NCBI GenBank assembly: GCA_951406725.2
Contig: OX597824.1
Coordinates: 2,480,001 to 2,544,000 of the forward strand
Source: Octopus vulgaris
Lineage: Eukaryota
Direction of reading: 5' to 3'
Length of the DNA stretch: 64,000 nt
In this document: positions 29,176 to 42,454 of the stretch, one piece after another
Position numbering within the stretch: the first letter of the stretch is position 1
How the letters are laid out: every line of letters starts with the position of its first letter
The notes under the pieces: model-generated
The model's input: the letters and a program-made list of their open reading frames with translations, nothing else
Database searches by the model: none
What the model was told of the DNA's origin: nothing
Made by a program: the position numbers and the translations under genes

Positions 29176-29258
29176 ACCCTTACAGCTGTTTCAGTTATAC
29201 ACAGTGAAATTAATTAAATACTAACTTCATATTTCTGAGCATATTCTCTTCAGAGGGT
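29176..29258 (-). ncRNA. Type I hammerhead-like motif
   Basis: Minus strand: accct CTGAAGA g...t GAAA cagctg TA agggt. Canonical core boxes and palindromic CAGCUG in stem III; the base of stem II is imperfect. Confidence 0.7.
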
Positions 29259-29432
29259 AAAATACATACGCCAGTAGATGTTTTGTATGTTTGTTCGTAG
29301 ATTCATCACAGCAGACATACAAATCAAAATACAATGGAAATCAACTCCCCGCCATGATATTGGGTATTGAAGCAGTATTTCCTTGGATGATGACACCATC
29401 CTTCATGAGGCTAACATAACCTGTAACTAAAT

Positions 29433-29498
<66 letters not shown>

Positions 29499-29953
29499 CA
29501 TGTGTGCGTGTGTGTGTATATATGCATGTGTGTAATGTATGTGTGTAGGTATGTATATAAACATTATCGACCGCATGTACTCAATATATGTGTTTTGTTT
29601 GTTTGCCTTTTCGCTGCGGTATTGCGCCTCGAGGATGACTCACTCATAACACTGAGTGTTAAAACACCTGATAGTCTGAGTCAGGCGAGACAACTCACCT
29701 CCGATCGAATTCAGGAGAGATGGATATCGATATTTCGCCATTTTCTTTGGTGTACCTGAATGGAGCCGGGGACGAATCGAATTGCCAGTCTGTGACTATA
29801 TATAAGTTGGCATTCTAGTAAATAATGTCCTACCCTATTTATGTATAGGGTAAGAAATCTTTATCGAACAAAACTCATCACAAACTTGACACTTTATTGA
29901 TAATATTGTTCAATTTGGAGGCGTCACCAATGAAGGCTGCTTGGGTAGAAATG

Positions 29954-29999
<46 letters not shown>

Positions 30000-30527
30000 T
30001 GTGTGTGTGTGTGTATGTGTGTGCAAGTATGTAAGTGTATATATGTATATATGTAGTGTAATTGTTGTCCAACTTAAAATGACGGCACTTGTTAACCGAG
30101 GAAATATTGGGCTGCTCTATTTCCTAATAATTGAATTGTTTACTACATATAACATATATTTAAAATGTTTAGTCTCCAGACAAACAATGTAGCCACATAT
30201 TTAAAAGTAAGACTTTGGTAAATATATTGATTGATATAACTTTTTTTTCCTCTTTACAGAGTGTCTCCACACGTTATTATGTGAATACCTACCTCTGGGA
30301 TTATATATACGCGAGATGTCTAAGAATGTGCGTGTATTATGAATAGTAATTGTCACTTCGTTATCGCATATTCGAGAAACATTCTAGACTTGAAGAAGCT
30401 TGCATGTAAGATATTTGGTATATCTCAGTGAGAGATCAACTAATCACAATAGAATGAAGATGGAATAGAATAAGAAAAATAAGATACAGACGTGTGTGTG
30501 CGTGTGTGCGTTACGTACGTGTATGTG

Positions 30528-30568
<41 letters not shown>

Positions 30569-31484
30569 TTATATATATATATCCATAATCATATATACAT
30601 ATATATATATACACCACCACCAACAACAATATGTGTGTGTGAATTTGTATAAATATAGGCAGAAAAAGGAAAGAGACAGAGAGAAATAAAAGAAAGAAAG
30701 AAAAGAGCGACTGAGAAGAATGACTGAATGTATAACAAGTGTACTGAGATGTCCGGTACACAACAAGAACAAATAGCACAATTTCAAACAATGGTATCTG
30801 ACCATACACTCTTATATACATGTGTAGAATCACATATTTATGTACGTGTGCGCATTATATTTTGTCTAGTGGTGGTCTGTTCTTGGGCCATCTTGTGCAT
30901 GGGAATCTGCTCCATCACTCACGTTTAGCCCTGAGAGTACCCGTACCCTGACCAGCCACCGTTAGGTAGATTACTATGACTATACCTGGGATGAAAACTT
31001 GATTGGTACTTTATTTCATCCCTGAGGGATGAAGGACAAAGCCAACCACAGTGAGATTTGAACTCTGAGCATAAATACCACAAGGTGTTTTGTCCAGCTC
31101 TAATGCTTCTTCTAATCCACCATTCTTTGATATTGTTTCTAGCATAGGTACAAAGCCCTAAATTTGGGTAGGGTGGGGATTGAAAAACACTACTTCATAC
31201 CAACACACCACCAACAACAACAGCAATAGTAGTTATGCACTTTTCTCTCAAGCCAAAAGTGGAGCATCTGTGTTCATTTGACCAGGTAAAAATGGTGGCT
31301 ATATTGCCCTCAAATCATTGCTTACCTTTTTTAAAGAAGAAATGACCATTAGATAATGTAGTCTTAAAAACGTACATGCTTTCCTGTTGCCTTCTCGAAG
31401 AAGGTGGGATATGAACTCATAATGTAGAGAGCCGTTACATATTCCGCAAATCATTTCCGCCGATGCAACATCGATTCTGCCACA

Positions 31485-31603
31485 CATAGAGCTACGTGAA
31501 ATGAAGAACTTTCCTCAAAAGTGCAACGCACCGCCGGGTCCAAGAATCGACCTCACTATCTAGCAATCGTGAGTGTAGCATCCTAACCACTAGGCTACAC
31601 GCA
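31485..31603 (-). mobile_element. Degenerate tRNA-derived SINE head
   Basis: Minus strand gcgtgtagcctagtggttagg...gtcgattc gives A and B boxes. Confidence 0.6.
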
Positions 31604-32280
31604 TAGAATATATGTGTATGTGTGTGTTTGTGTTTGTGTGCATGTGGATGGATGGGTAATGGTGGTTGGCGGAAGTTTTCGAATGGGCACAACTCAGACG
31701 TTGTCGCTAGAATGCTTCCTTTTGCTCTCCGATCACAAGTCTGCGACCAAAGCATTTTCTCAACATTTATTGGATAAAAAGGACCACGTTTTATCTACTG
31801 ATTTCAAAAGTTACAAAGAAATCATCCTATTAGGCATATTTTCATCAAAACATCGATCGATGCTTATTACCATTATGACCCAATTCGACTCCTGTCTTTC
31901 GTTATTTCCTTTAAGTGTCATTTCGCTCGATTTTACCTTCCGGACCGGACCACTTTGCCTTTCATCTTTCGCGGTCGATAAAATACGTAACAATCGACTA
32001 GCGCCTTCCTCAAATTTCAGGTCTGGTGCGTATAAAATGAACGATCCCTTTGTAAAATAATCCCCTGGCAACGTTTAGACAGCGTCAGTTACACAGAGGG
32101 ATGCCTGGATCCCTTCCGTTTCAGTCGCTCGCAAGCAATGAGGAGAGAAAGATGTGCTTTACCAGGTCACGTTACTTACATTAAAACGCATTTGTGTTTG
32201 TTTTTATTTCAGTTATCTCCTCAGGCCTTTTTCAGTGTGTATATGTTTATGCCAAGTATATTGCTTCATTATATCATTAT

Positions 32281-32466
32281 TTCGGGGTCGATTAAATAAG
32301 TACCAGTTACACACTGGGGTCGATATAATCGACTTAATCCGTTTGTCTGTTCTTGTTTGTCCTCTCTGTCTTTAGCCCCTTGTGGGTAGTAAAGAAATAG
32401 GTATTTTGTCTGTCTTTATGTTCTGAGTTCAAATTCCGCAAAGGTCGACTTTGCCTTTCATCCTTT
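32281..32466 (+). mobile_element. Circularly permuted Meta-domain SINE body unit
   Basis: Starts at ttcggggtcg (middle of the 32501 element), runs to its 3' end, then continues into the upstream part and stops at catccttt. Confidence 0.75.
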
Positions 32467-32500
32467 AAAAAAAGAGAGGGAGAAAGTTTTTTAAAAAAGG

Positions 32501-32724
32501 GGGCGGCGAGCTGGCAGAAATGTTAGCACGTCGGGCGAAATGCGTAGCCGTCTTCCGTTACGTTTTGAGTTCAAATTCCGCCGAGGCCAACTTTGTCTTT
32601 CATCCTTTGGTGTCGATAAATTAAGTACCAGTTACGCACTGGGGTCGATGTTATCGATTTAATCCGTTTGTCTGTCCTTGTTTCTTCCCTCTGTGTTTAG
32701 CCCCTTGTGGGTAGTAAAGAAATA
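32501..32724 (+). mobile_element. Meta-domain-like tRNA-derived SINE, full length
   Basis: ggcggcgagctggcagaa head, gagttcaaattcc B box and ctttcatcctttggtgtcgataaattaagtaccag central domain. Closely related to the minus-strand copy at 55941-56175. Confidence 0.88.
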
Positions 32725-32799
32725 TATATTATATGTTACACTTCAATGCATCTTTAATGATATTATGTATAAATTTGGATGGTAAATCACATATATGCC

Positions 32800-34190
32800 T
32801 TTAAAACATGTCCCTTCACCTTTCCTTACAGACCTCCACATCATTTGAAACTAGAGTGATTTCTAGAAGATGTACAGCAACCCCTGATAACTATTGTTAC
32901 ATTTGTGGCGAGTTTATGACTAAAACACATCTAAGAAACACTACCGAATTTGTTAAAAACTCTTACTATGCCTACTTTGGTGTGAAAGTAGGAGACCAAG
33001 AAAAGAAATAGGTAATAAGTGTGCCTCCATCCCTTTAGGATACTCGGTGATATTGAAGGAAACTTATGAAAATTTGGGGGTCACACTTCCACAGGATGAA
33101 ATTCAGAAATTAAAACTGGATGATGTGGGGCGTATTGAAAACAGGTTGCATGTTGCTTAGACAACAATCTGGTACACAAGATTTGCTTGTTTCTTGGGTA
33201 ATTGGGACAGTAGAGCCAGTACCCTCCATTGGTCAAAAGAAAAAAATAAAGAATGTCCTACCAGGGATAGGCTTTAGGCTAGGAACAAAGAATAAGCTTC
33301 GTCGGAGTTTGGTTGACCCGAAAATGATTCTTCTTCCTCCTCTACATATAAAACTTGGTCTTGTGAAGTAATTTGTAAAACACTTTGCATTAGAATGGAA
33401 AGAGTTTCAGGTATTTGTGTCGCAAGTTTGCTGCCTCGTCAGAAAACTGTGCTGGCTGGTCTCCTGTCTTCTTAGGGAATTGTGTGCTGGCCGTTTACTG
33501 CTGGATGTTGTATGGTTAAAGCCTATCAAATGCCCCCGAGTGAGTGTTCCAATTATAGTTTGCACGTGGAAAAAAAAAAAGATTTTCCGGTGCCGAACTT
33601 CTAAACTGAATGGAACATTTGTAAAACTATTTTCTCACCTTTCAGTGCATTTGTGCCATTTTATTTTGCTAAATAAACTATCAAATTCCGTTTTATCAGA
33701 TTCATTTGGTCCTACCAATGTGTGTTGAGGCACATGGCCTAGTGGTTAGAGCAGCGGATTCGCGACCGAGGGATCGCGGGTTCGAATCTCAGACCGAGTG
33801 ATGTGTGTGTTTATGAGCGAAACACTTAAGCTCCACGCGACACCGGCAGAAGGTAATGACGAACTTCTGCTGACTCTTTCGCCACAACTTTCTCTCACTC
33901 TTTCCTCCTGCATCAAGCAGTTCACCTGCGACGAACCGGCGTCACATCCAGGTGGGGAACCTATACGCCAAGGGAACTGGGAAACGGGCTCTTATAAGCC
34001 ACGCTTGACTCGAGGAGGAACAAACTTCTACCAATGTAGATTTACCTACAAATTATGGCATATTTTATCATTAAATCGCGAGAAAACCTTAAGGAATGGT
34101 AAAAAGCTTTGTTTGATATTTCGAATTAGCATCACAAATATATATAAAGTAACATAAAATTATGAAAACAATTTTCAAAATATTCCATTT
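32800..34190 (+). mobile_element. Internally deleted DNA transposon remnant, probably Chapaev3 (CMC)
   Basis: RRCTATPDNYCYICGEF...YYAYFGVKVGDQEK and LVDPKMILLPPLHIKLGLVK*FVK are motifs I recall from Chapaev3-type transposases. Contains stops and deletions; a SINE is inserted at 33727. Confidence 0.7.
33727..34027 (+). mobile_element. tRNA-derived SINE, full length, nested in the transposon
   Basis: gaggcacatggcctagtggttagagcagcgg...gggttcgaatct head. Target-site duplication ctaccaatgt at 33712-33721 and 34028-34037. Confidence 0.9.
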
Positions 34191-34477
34191 CGCAGATGTA
34201 TGCAAAATTATAATTCTTGAAAGATTATCTATCGTAAAATTTATACTTTTTATCCACCAGGAGGTTACAACTGCTGGTAGGAATAACATCAAATTTCTCT
34301 TTCTTTCTTAACGATGACAACCGACTTTTAATACAAATATGTAACAGCACGACGTCATCCAAAGGTTTTCATTTATCTTTTATTTCGCGTATATATATAT
34401 ATATATATGTTTGTATGTGTGTGTGTGTGTGTGTGTGTATACATATATATAATGTAACACACATGCAAATACATACA

Positions 34478-34525
<48 letters not shown>

Positions 34526-35274
34526 TGTATGCGTGTGTATAACATTGAACAAGGAACTAATTATTCACGTCGAGTGGAATCAATGAATCAATATCTTCAT
34601 TATTAAGAAAATATATTGTACTAAATAACATTAATCATAATAAATAGCAATATTACGGAGCAAAAATATAACATGAAGGAAACCAACAAAACGATGTTGG
34701 GTGCATCGTTGCACCACACGCACGCACATATGCAACCACATGCATTCTCACGCACACAAACAGAAGCAGAAAGACACACACAAACACAGGGTAAGTAAAT
34801 CTACAGTTTACATTGATGCACTAAATACGCCACACACGTGATCCAGTTTTTAGTCGATTAATCCTTCCAATCCTTAATTTTCTTCGCGTTTTCGTGAATA
34901 AAATATCTTAATCCTTATATTTTCATCACTTTTGACATTTCATCTGCCTCCGATTCCTTCTTCAAAATGAGTAGATCTGCCTTGACATAAGGCATTCTTT
35001 TTTCATAGTCTTCATTGAATATATACGATGGAATTCTTCAAATTCCACTGATTTTAATCCGATTAAATTGCGTCATATACATCGTGGGATTAAATGCATT
35101 GATGTTTAACAATATTAATGAAAATTACACCTTGATTAAATTAAATATGCATGCACCCAAGTTTGAATGGAGTTATTTATGTGTATGGTGACATTTATGC
35201 GCGTTTGCATTAATATATATATATATATAAAATTAAGGAAAGAAGCGGGAGATGGAAAATACGAGAATTAATTG

Positions 35275-35380
35275 ATCACTACAATCGTTTCGACCCATTT
35301 AGTATTGATCCCTCACGGGTGGAATGCTATATAACTGGTTTAGGTGTATCCCTTGATGTAGATGGGTCTCCTCAGATGAT
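35275..35380 (-). ncRNA. Type I hammerhead ribozyme motif with canonical core
   Basis: Minus strand: atcat CTGAGGA gacccat [long loop] atgggtc GAAA cgattg TA gtgat. 5 bp stem I, 7 bp stem II, GUA cleavage triplet. Confidence 0.8.
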
Positions 35381-35910
35381 TTCAAGTGATATTTTGCTTT
35401 AAAATAAACAACTCTTTACTGAATATTTTCCTGTTGGTCTTCGTATATAGAAATGTTTTGCACATTCATATCTACAAAGGTTGTATGCAGTAGTTTTTTT
35501 CCGCTGTATTGTCTATTCTCTGCATTGTGTATTTTCAGTTTTGTTATGGATCTTCTATAATATTGAAGGTGCATCCCTTAATTTGCCATTTCTATATACG
35601 AAGATCAAGAAAAAAACCCTTCAACTCTAACTAGTTTGATAAGTGCTAACCGCATGAGACTCAGCCCTTGAGTCACTCTTGGCGTGAAAATTTTAATGAA
35701 TATAATATTAATGAACATACATATATACTTATGCTTAGAAGAAACCGGTATACGATTAAGTCTTGATTTTTATATAATTTTCATCTGTCTTGCTCGCCTA
35801 TGTTCTGGTGTTCTCTTAATTTTCTCTGGAGAATATTCTTTCTTTGTAGCTAGATTGCTTGTGATCTTCTTCTAGCATATGGTTGTCCACATAGTGTTTT
35901 TTAGACCTAA

Positions 35911-35986
<76 letters not shown>

Positions 35987-36341
35987 TTGTCTGTACGTAC
36001 ACACACACATATATATAGCTATGTATACATACATTTATATATGAATACACCTTTATATGTACATATCTACACACCTGACAATACAGAAATTAAACAAGAA
36101 GTTAACAAATATTATAGAACAAATTGGTCGTTTCTCTCTCTAAGCATTGTCCCTTGAGAGGATTTTTTAAATATAAATTCTCTTCAAATAAATAGAAGAT
36201 TTGTTTTGTTTTAGTGGTAAGTTACTTTCTCTTTTTTTCGATTTGTTTTCAATAGGGAACAGAACTTTGAACACGTCAGAAATGATTATTTCCTATGTCT
36301 TGCTTCAGTTATGCCTCAAAGCACCTAATGACAGGAAAGTG

Positions 36342-36372
<31 letters not shown>

Positions 36373-37337
36373 GCAGAAATTTTCATATCATTTGTTGCCC
36401 AAGTTCGCTGCTTATGTCTTCAAAAAATGACATACACTTGATCTGCAAAAAATAACAGATAAACTTTCACCAAATCGCATCCAAAGTTCTTTATTATATC
36501 AACCAATTAAATAGCTAACAAACGAAAACTGGAATCCTTGCAAGATCACTCTCTTGCAATAAGACAGGATCAACTGAAGCAGAATGCTGCCTCTGATAAT
36601 CAAGTCAGCTAACCTCTGTGAACGCATTTCATCTTAGCATGAGGTGAGATTTTGATGAGGGCTAACTTTGGGCTAAAGAAAACCTATGACATTCGAGATA
36701 TACTTTAAAATTCTTAAAAAGTTATTTTTATAAGCTTAATTTTTTTCATTGGAAAATATCTAATGAGCAGAAAATAAAACGTGTTTGAGATATTCATGAA
36801 TAATTATTTTAATACAAAACAAGTTTATACATTAGTTGGGGAGGAATTCGGAAGTGTATAGTTCCATTATTTCTTTGGTATTAATTTTCTTTCATACCCT
36901 TTCTGCTTTTGATATAAAATAAAATTGACCTCGGTCGCATCAGAACATGGAATCTAAATAAATATCGTAAGATCGTCTGCCCTGGAGTAAATTCTGCAAA
37001 GCTTTTCATCCAGTGCTCTCCAATATCATTTCCAATCGATGGGCATCATAAGATACCGTTAATAATCAATAGTGGATAGTGTCCCGGGAGAGAGAATCTC
37101 CGTATAAGATACTCTGTGTGAAAGTACATCACTGAATAGGAATGACATCATCGGATCGAGACACCCATAAGCCTGCGACTTTATACGCCACCACTTTCCG
37201 TCAGAGATTCTATTGTTTTTATAGGTCACCAAGTGATTCTTATATTTAAACGAAAAACTATTCATTTTTTTTGTGTGCATAGTGTTATATTAAGCTGCAA
37301 TTAATTAATCAGAAGCACACTTCAGCAAAATGCCCCC

Positions 37338-37565
<228 letters not shown>

Positions 37566-37568
<3 letters not shown>

Positions 37569-37980
37569 GATCTTGAAATAGAAATCAGCAAAATGTGGAA
37601 GCTGAAGACTAAAACAATACCTGTTGTCATAGGTGCCCTGGGAATGATAGCAAAAGGGGCTGATAGCTACCTAACTCAGATACCAGGAAACCCAAAAATG
37701 GCAGAAGTTCAAAAGATAGTGCTCATGGGAACTGCTCATATCCTACGCAAAATACTCTCTATGTAATCTCAAGGTTTAAAACAAACATAATTTTCGGTTT
37801 AAAAAAAAAAAAAAAAAACTTTTTTTTTTAGACATTCATTAGTACAACATCCCCACCCCCCAAATTTATGGCACACTAGGCATAACAACAACATGAACTT
37901 CCAACCCTGTTGTCTCTTGAGGTCTCTGGGTGAGACTTGGAGCCAACTTGTACAAATATAAAGCAAAAGTCAAACATAGA
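37566..37980 (+). mobile_element. R4/Dong-clade non-LTR retrotransposon 3' end inserted in (TAA)n
   Basis: 37566-37766 translates KDLEIEISKMWKLKTKTIPVVIGALGMI...VQKIVLMGTAHILRKILSM*, the restriction-like endonuclease C-terminus of R4/Dong. A 3' UTR follows, with (TAA)n on both sides. Confidence 0.9.
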
Positions 37981-38000
37981 ATAATAATAATAATAATAAA

Positions 38001-38555
38001 TGCCCTGATGCAGTACCAGGCAGTGGCTCTCATGGCTTCTGATCTTAACTGATTGGAAGTGTTATCATGTACATTGTTTTGTCTTGGTATAAAAGATGGG
38101 CTACAGCAAATATTCTGCTCAATACCACAGATTTGCTTGTCAGTTGTTTGACCTTAACCAGTTGAGCATGTCCCTTAGTGGCTGACGATATGTGCATGGC
38201 TGATCACGAGCAGAAGTAGTGGGGGAGCATCATAGCCATGTGTTGAGAGGGATTCTTTGGGGTTTGAATAATTCACCTCTGGAAACATGGGTGGTTCTTT
38301 CAACATCCTTAAACAACCCTTATTCAGGGACCTTTTGAGCGGGATGGGCTACTCAACCTGAAGAAAATTCTAACAGGGCCCCACCTGCAAGGTCATGTGC
38401 TGTTTATCTTGATATGAGAACACCATGTCGCGCACATATGGTTGTGATGCATGTGCCTGGTGTACCCTTATCAGATGGGTAGTCATGATGGGTATATTGG
38501 GCTTCGTATATTTTACCCCAGTGCCACTTTGATTGCATGCACTGCTCTCTCACTC
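38001..38555 (+). mobile_element. Probable 3' UTR of a second (TAA)n-associated retroelement
   Basis: Block with higher GC, bounded exactly by (TAA)n on both sides and adjacent to the Dong fragment. No coding evidence. Confidence 0.5.
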
Positions 38556-38607
<52 letters not shown>

Positions 38608-38836
38608 TTAACGCATTAATATTGGTTAAGATGCAATAGAAGTATTTTAACCCAAGGGTACAATAATACATTAAACTACGTATATAAATGCTTATTGCAA
38701 AGCACAAAAAATAGCCAAGTATATTTATCATGTATAAATATAGTCACTTAGGTAGAAACATACATACTCCTTTGCGATAAAATGTCTGTGTAGGTATGTA
38801 CGTATTTCTAAAGCAAGGTATAAACACCTATGTATG

Positions 38837-38893
<57 letters not shown>

Positions 38894-38962
38894 GTGCAAA
38901 CATTTAAAACTTTGTTACCAGTACTACTACTAATACTACTATTACTACTACTGATAATAATA

Positions 38963-39061
<99 letters not shown>

Positions 39062-39068
39062 TAATAGA

Positions 39069-39106
<38 letters not shown>

Positions 39107-39861
39107 GGTGGGTGGTATAATGATAATGTAATGATTATAATAATACTAAGAGGTAATGTAAACAAATACTCCAATATCAAATTTGAATGATGTCTGATGT
39201 TCTAGTACCATTACCAGTTCCATTTTAACAAATTGCTGTGCGTCTAATGGATACTCTCCGTAATGCCAAGACAAATTTTTCAATGTAGAATGAAAGCTTT
39301 TGATAGATAGCTGTCTGAATTTTTATATATTATTTGTTTATCTCAAATATTTTCAGATTTCAAATTTTTATCATTATGATATCAGAAAAGTATAAAACTT
39401 ATTGTTAGTAAAACGATATCAAATTATAAAGTCTATATGGTATAAATTTAAATGTATATGTTGTGTTTGCAGAAATGGTAGGACACCGGATTAAATGCAT
39501 TTCACTGAATTTAATTATATATTACATTTAAGTGTGTAAAATTATATATATATATACCATATTTAGTACATTAAAAAGACTATGGAAAATAGGATACAAA
39601 TTGCAAGAAAAATATTGGACGAAAGCTAATATGATTTTTTAAACGCGACGGACAACTTCGATTTTGTGGAGGGCATTTTTGCCTGAAGGAGAGGGTTCGG
39701 TGGTTTATTGGAACTCGTTAACTCAGTTAGCAGAGAGAACGGTATACGCGTTGGTATAGTATAAAATTAATTTATTCTGAGACTGCTTGATAATTAGCAA
39801 TTAATTGAGTGGAATTATATTTCACGGTTCGAACATTAACAACTAATACATGCATACATAC

Positions 39862-39898
<37 letters not shown>

Positions 39899-40414
39899 AA
39901 ATTATGTGGCTAAACAAATTAGGCACACCAAATATATTGAATATATAAAATGCATTCAAATACAAAATATGTATACTTGTAAAACGTGAGACAGCAAAAG
40001 GTGAAAACTTTCTGATGGTGAATTCATTTGTATAAATATATACATATTTATATCAATAAGTCCAGGGGTGTAAGGACATGTATTATGAATCCAACAGCTA
40101 TTTCTGAGGCCTCGGCGATCCATAATTTTGTTGGTAGATTTAGTTAATCGCAATATGCAGCCGTGTAGATGCATTTTACAAAGGATGAGACGAGCTTCTG
40201 TCATCAGGGCAGGGAAGATCTTACATTTAAGATCGTAATGCAGCGAATTTCTCTCCATGACATATATATATATTACGGAGATGTACTTGCATAGCAAGTG
40301 ACCTGATCTGAGATCGTGTGCTGGAACGAAAACAATTGCAGCGTGGAAGGTGTTTATAAGCCATTTAAGAAGCACACAAAAACCGTCAGATTCACTTCAA
40401 CATTTAAAATTTAA

Positions 40415-40465
40415 TTTGTCAAAATATTTTCGTGGCTTTCAGACCGCGACCTGTTCACTAACAAA
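40415..40465 (-). ncRNA. Type I hammerhead-like motif with G3:C8 core swap
   Basis: Minus strand: tttgtta GTGAACA g gtcgc...gccac GAAA atat TT tgacaaa. Confidence 0.6.
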
Positions 40466-40492
40466 ATTCCGTGATGCAGCACGCTGCAATTG

Positions 40493-40541
<49 letters not shown>

Positions 40542-40543
<2 letters not shown>

Positions 40544-41251
40544 TACTAGTCGTGGAGTCTGGACCCGGTGCGCGCACACGCGCTTGCCAGTCGTAGGTAG
40601 TCGATCCTACAGCGACTTGCGTATGCAAAGGAGCTGATAATTTTTTAAACTTAATTATTTTTTTTACACAAACGTATATAATTTTTAAACTTTATTATTT
40701 TTTTTTACACAAATGTATATAATTTTTTAAACTTAATTAATTAATTTCTTTACAATGTGAAAATGCTGTGTGATTTATTACCTATTGTTCAAGACTTTGA
40801 AGCGGCGTATTCGTTTCTGAAGGAGCAGAAAGTTCTCAATAATGTTTGCCCCCGTTGTGTACAATGCCAGAAAGAAATGAGTCTGATAAAGTACAACGAT
40901 GAGAAGATATTTCGCTGCCCAACGCACAAAGGTGTGAAAGTTTCAATTCGGAAAAAATCGTACCTTGAAAAGTCTAAACTAAGGCTACGTGACTTTATAC
41001 TATTAACATATTTATGGAGTCACAACATAGCAATTTCAACAACAGAAATGACTGGATTGGCCAAAAGCACCGTACTCCATTGGTTAAGTTTAAAAAATTA
41101 TATACGTTTGTGTTAAAAAATAATTAAGTTTAAAAAACTATGCAGCTCATTTGCATACGCAAGTCGCTGTAGGATCGACTACCTACGACTGGCTAGTGCG
41201 GATGCGCGGATGCACGTGTGCGCGCACCGGGTCCAGTTTCCACTACTAGTA

Positions 41252-41253
<2 letters not shown>
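40542..41253 (+). mobile_element. Merlin (IS1595-like) DNA transposon, internally deleted, with long TIRs
   Basis: Termini GGTACTAGT...ACTAGTACC with ~150-170 bp inverted arms. The internal ORF resembles a Merlin transposase N-terminus. Embedded in (TA)n. Confidence 0.88.
40757..41116 (+). pseudogene. Truncated Merlin transposase N-terminus (Zn-ribbon and HTH-like region, no DDE domain)
   Basis: AYSFLKEQKVL..CPRCVQCQKEM..FRCP..KVSIRKKSYLEKSKLRLRDFILLTYLWS..EMTGLAKSTVLHW, running into the right TIR at about 41085. Confidence 0.8.
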
Positions 41254-41308
<55 letters not shown>

Positions 41309-42262
41309 TATACACCTAAGCATGTGCAGACAAGTATATAAATAAGTGTGTGTATTAGCGTGTGATTGTGTGTGCGTGAGTGTCTGTTTGTTTACGTTTC
41401 TTAGATCGAAGAAATGTTTAAAAGTAAAAGGAAATATTTTGAAAATAAACAGGTTTAATATTTTATTTCTGATATACATTTATGTTCTGTGTGTGTGAAA
41501 CTGATAAATTAAATACGATTGACGATAAAATTATGGCGATATACTTTGATGAAAATATCACCGACCTCCCATTAAAACCTTTTACAACAGCTCTCCTGCG
41601 TTTAGCATCTCTGAAAGTCAGTCTCCCCCACTTCGGTTCTTGCTTTAACCTTCTTCTCGCAGAGTGACCGACGAATCATACACTGCGCATTATTACATGT
41701 ATGATATACATGTGTATGTGTGGGGGGGGGATCTGTGAGTGTGTGTGTGTGTGCCTGTGTGTGTGTATGCATGTACTTTAGTCAATTATGTTTCGCTTAT
41801 TTCAATCATTGAACTGCGATCATGCTGGAGTAGCACGTTGAAATCGACTCCACTGCTTTATTTTTTTATTCTGGTAGTTATGGTAACGGTTTCTTTTATG
41901 GAGCCCCGAAGCTACGGGCACAAAAAGAGACACAAATACAAACACGCTGACGCATATGCATGCACACACACACACACATACACACACACACGCACGCATA
42001 CACAGACACGTATATATATGTACACATGCATAGCATGTCTGGGCCGTTGGCGATTTCCCTTTTTTGAACTTTTCCCTTACTCCCTTCCGACGAAGAGCTA
42101 TGCTCGAAACGTTAAAACTCTCTCGTGTTACCGAGTATCAAAGTAATACAATTCTTGACCACGCCCTCACGTTCATTTTTGTTTCTTTTTGTTATTTATT
42201 TGTTTCTTTAAATTGTCTGCTTATTGAATTGATTACATATATATGTATATATATAGATATAC

Positions 42263-42299
<37 letters not shown>

Positions 42300-42325
42300 T
42301 ATATATATATAAAACTCTCTCTATA

Positions 42326-42374
<49 letters not shown>

Positions 42375-42454
42375 CAAAGTGAAGTTGTGGGGTACCGCAC
42401 GAGTGGAATTATATACGAAAGAAGGTTTGAAAATGCAATTTAAAAGATGTTTAT

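Noticed and set aside
33727-33800. tRNA gene-like sequences (also 9720-9792 and 63761-63830)
   Set aside because: They continue into SINE bodies, two of them with target-site duplications, so they are SINE heads and not tRNA genes.
36370-37280. Possible minus-strand exons or short ORFs
   Set aside because: No recognisable protein similarity and no consistent splice chain.
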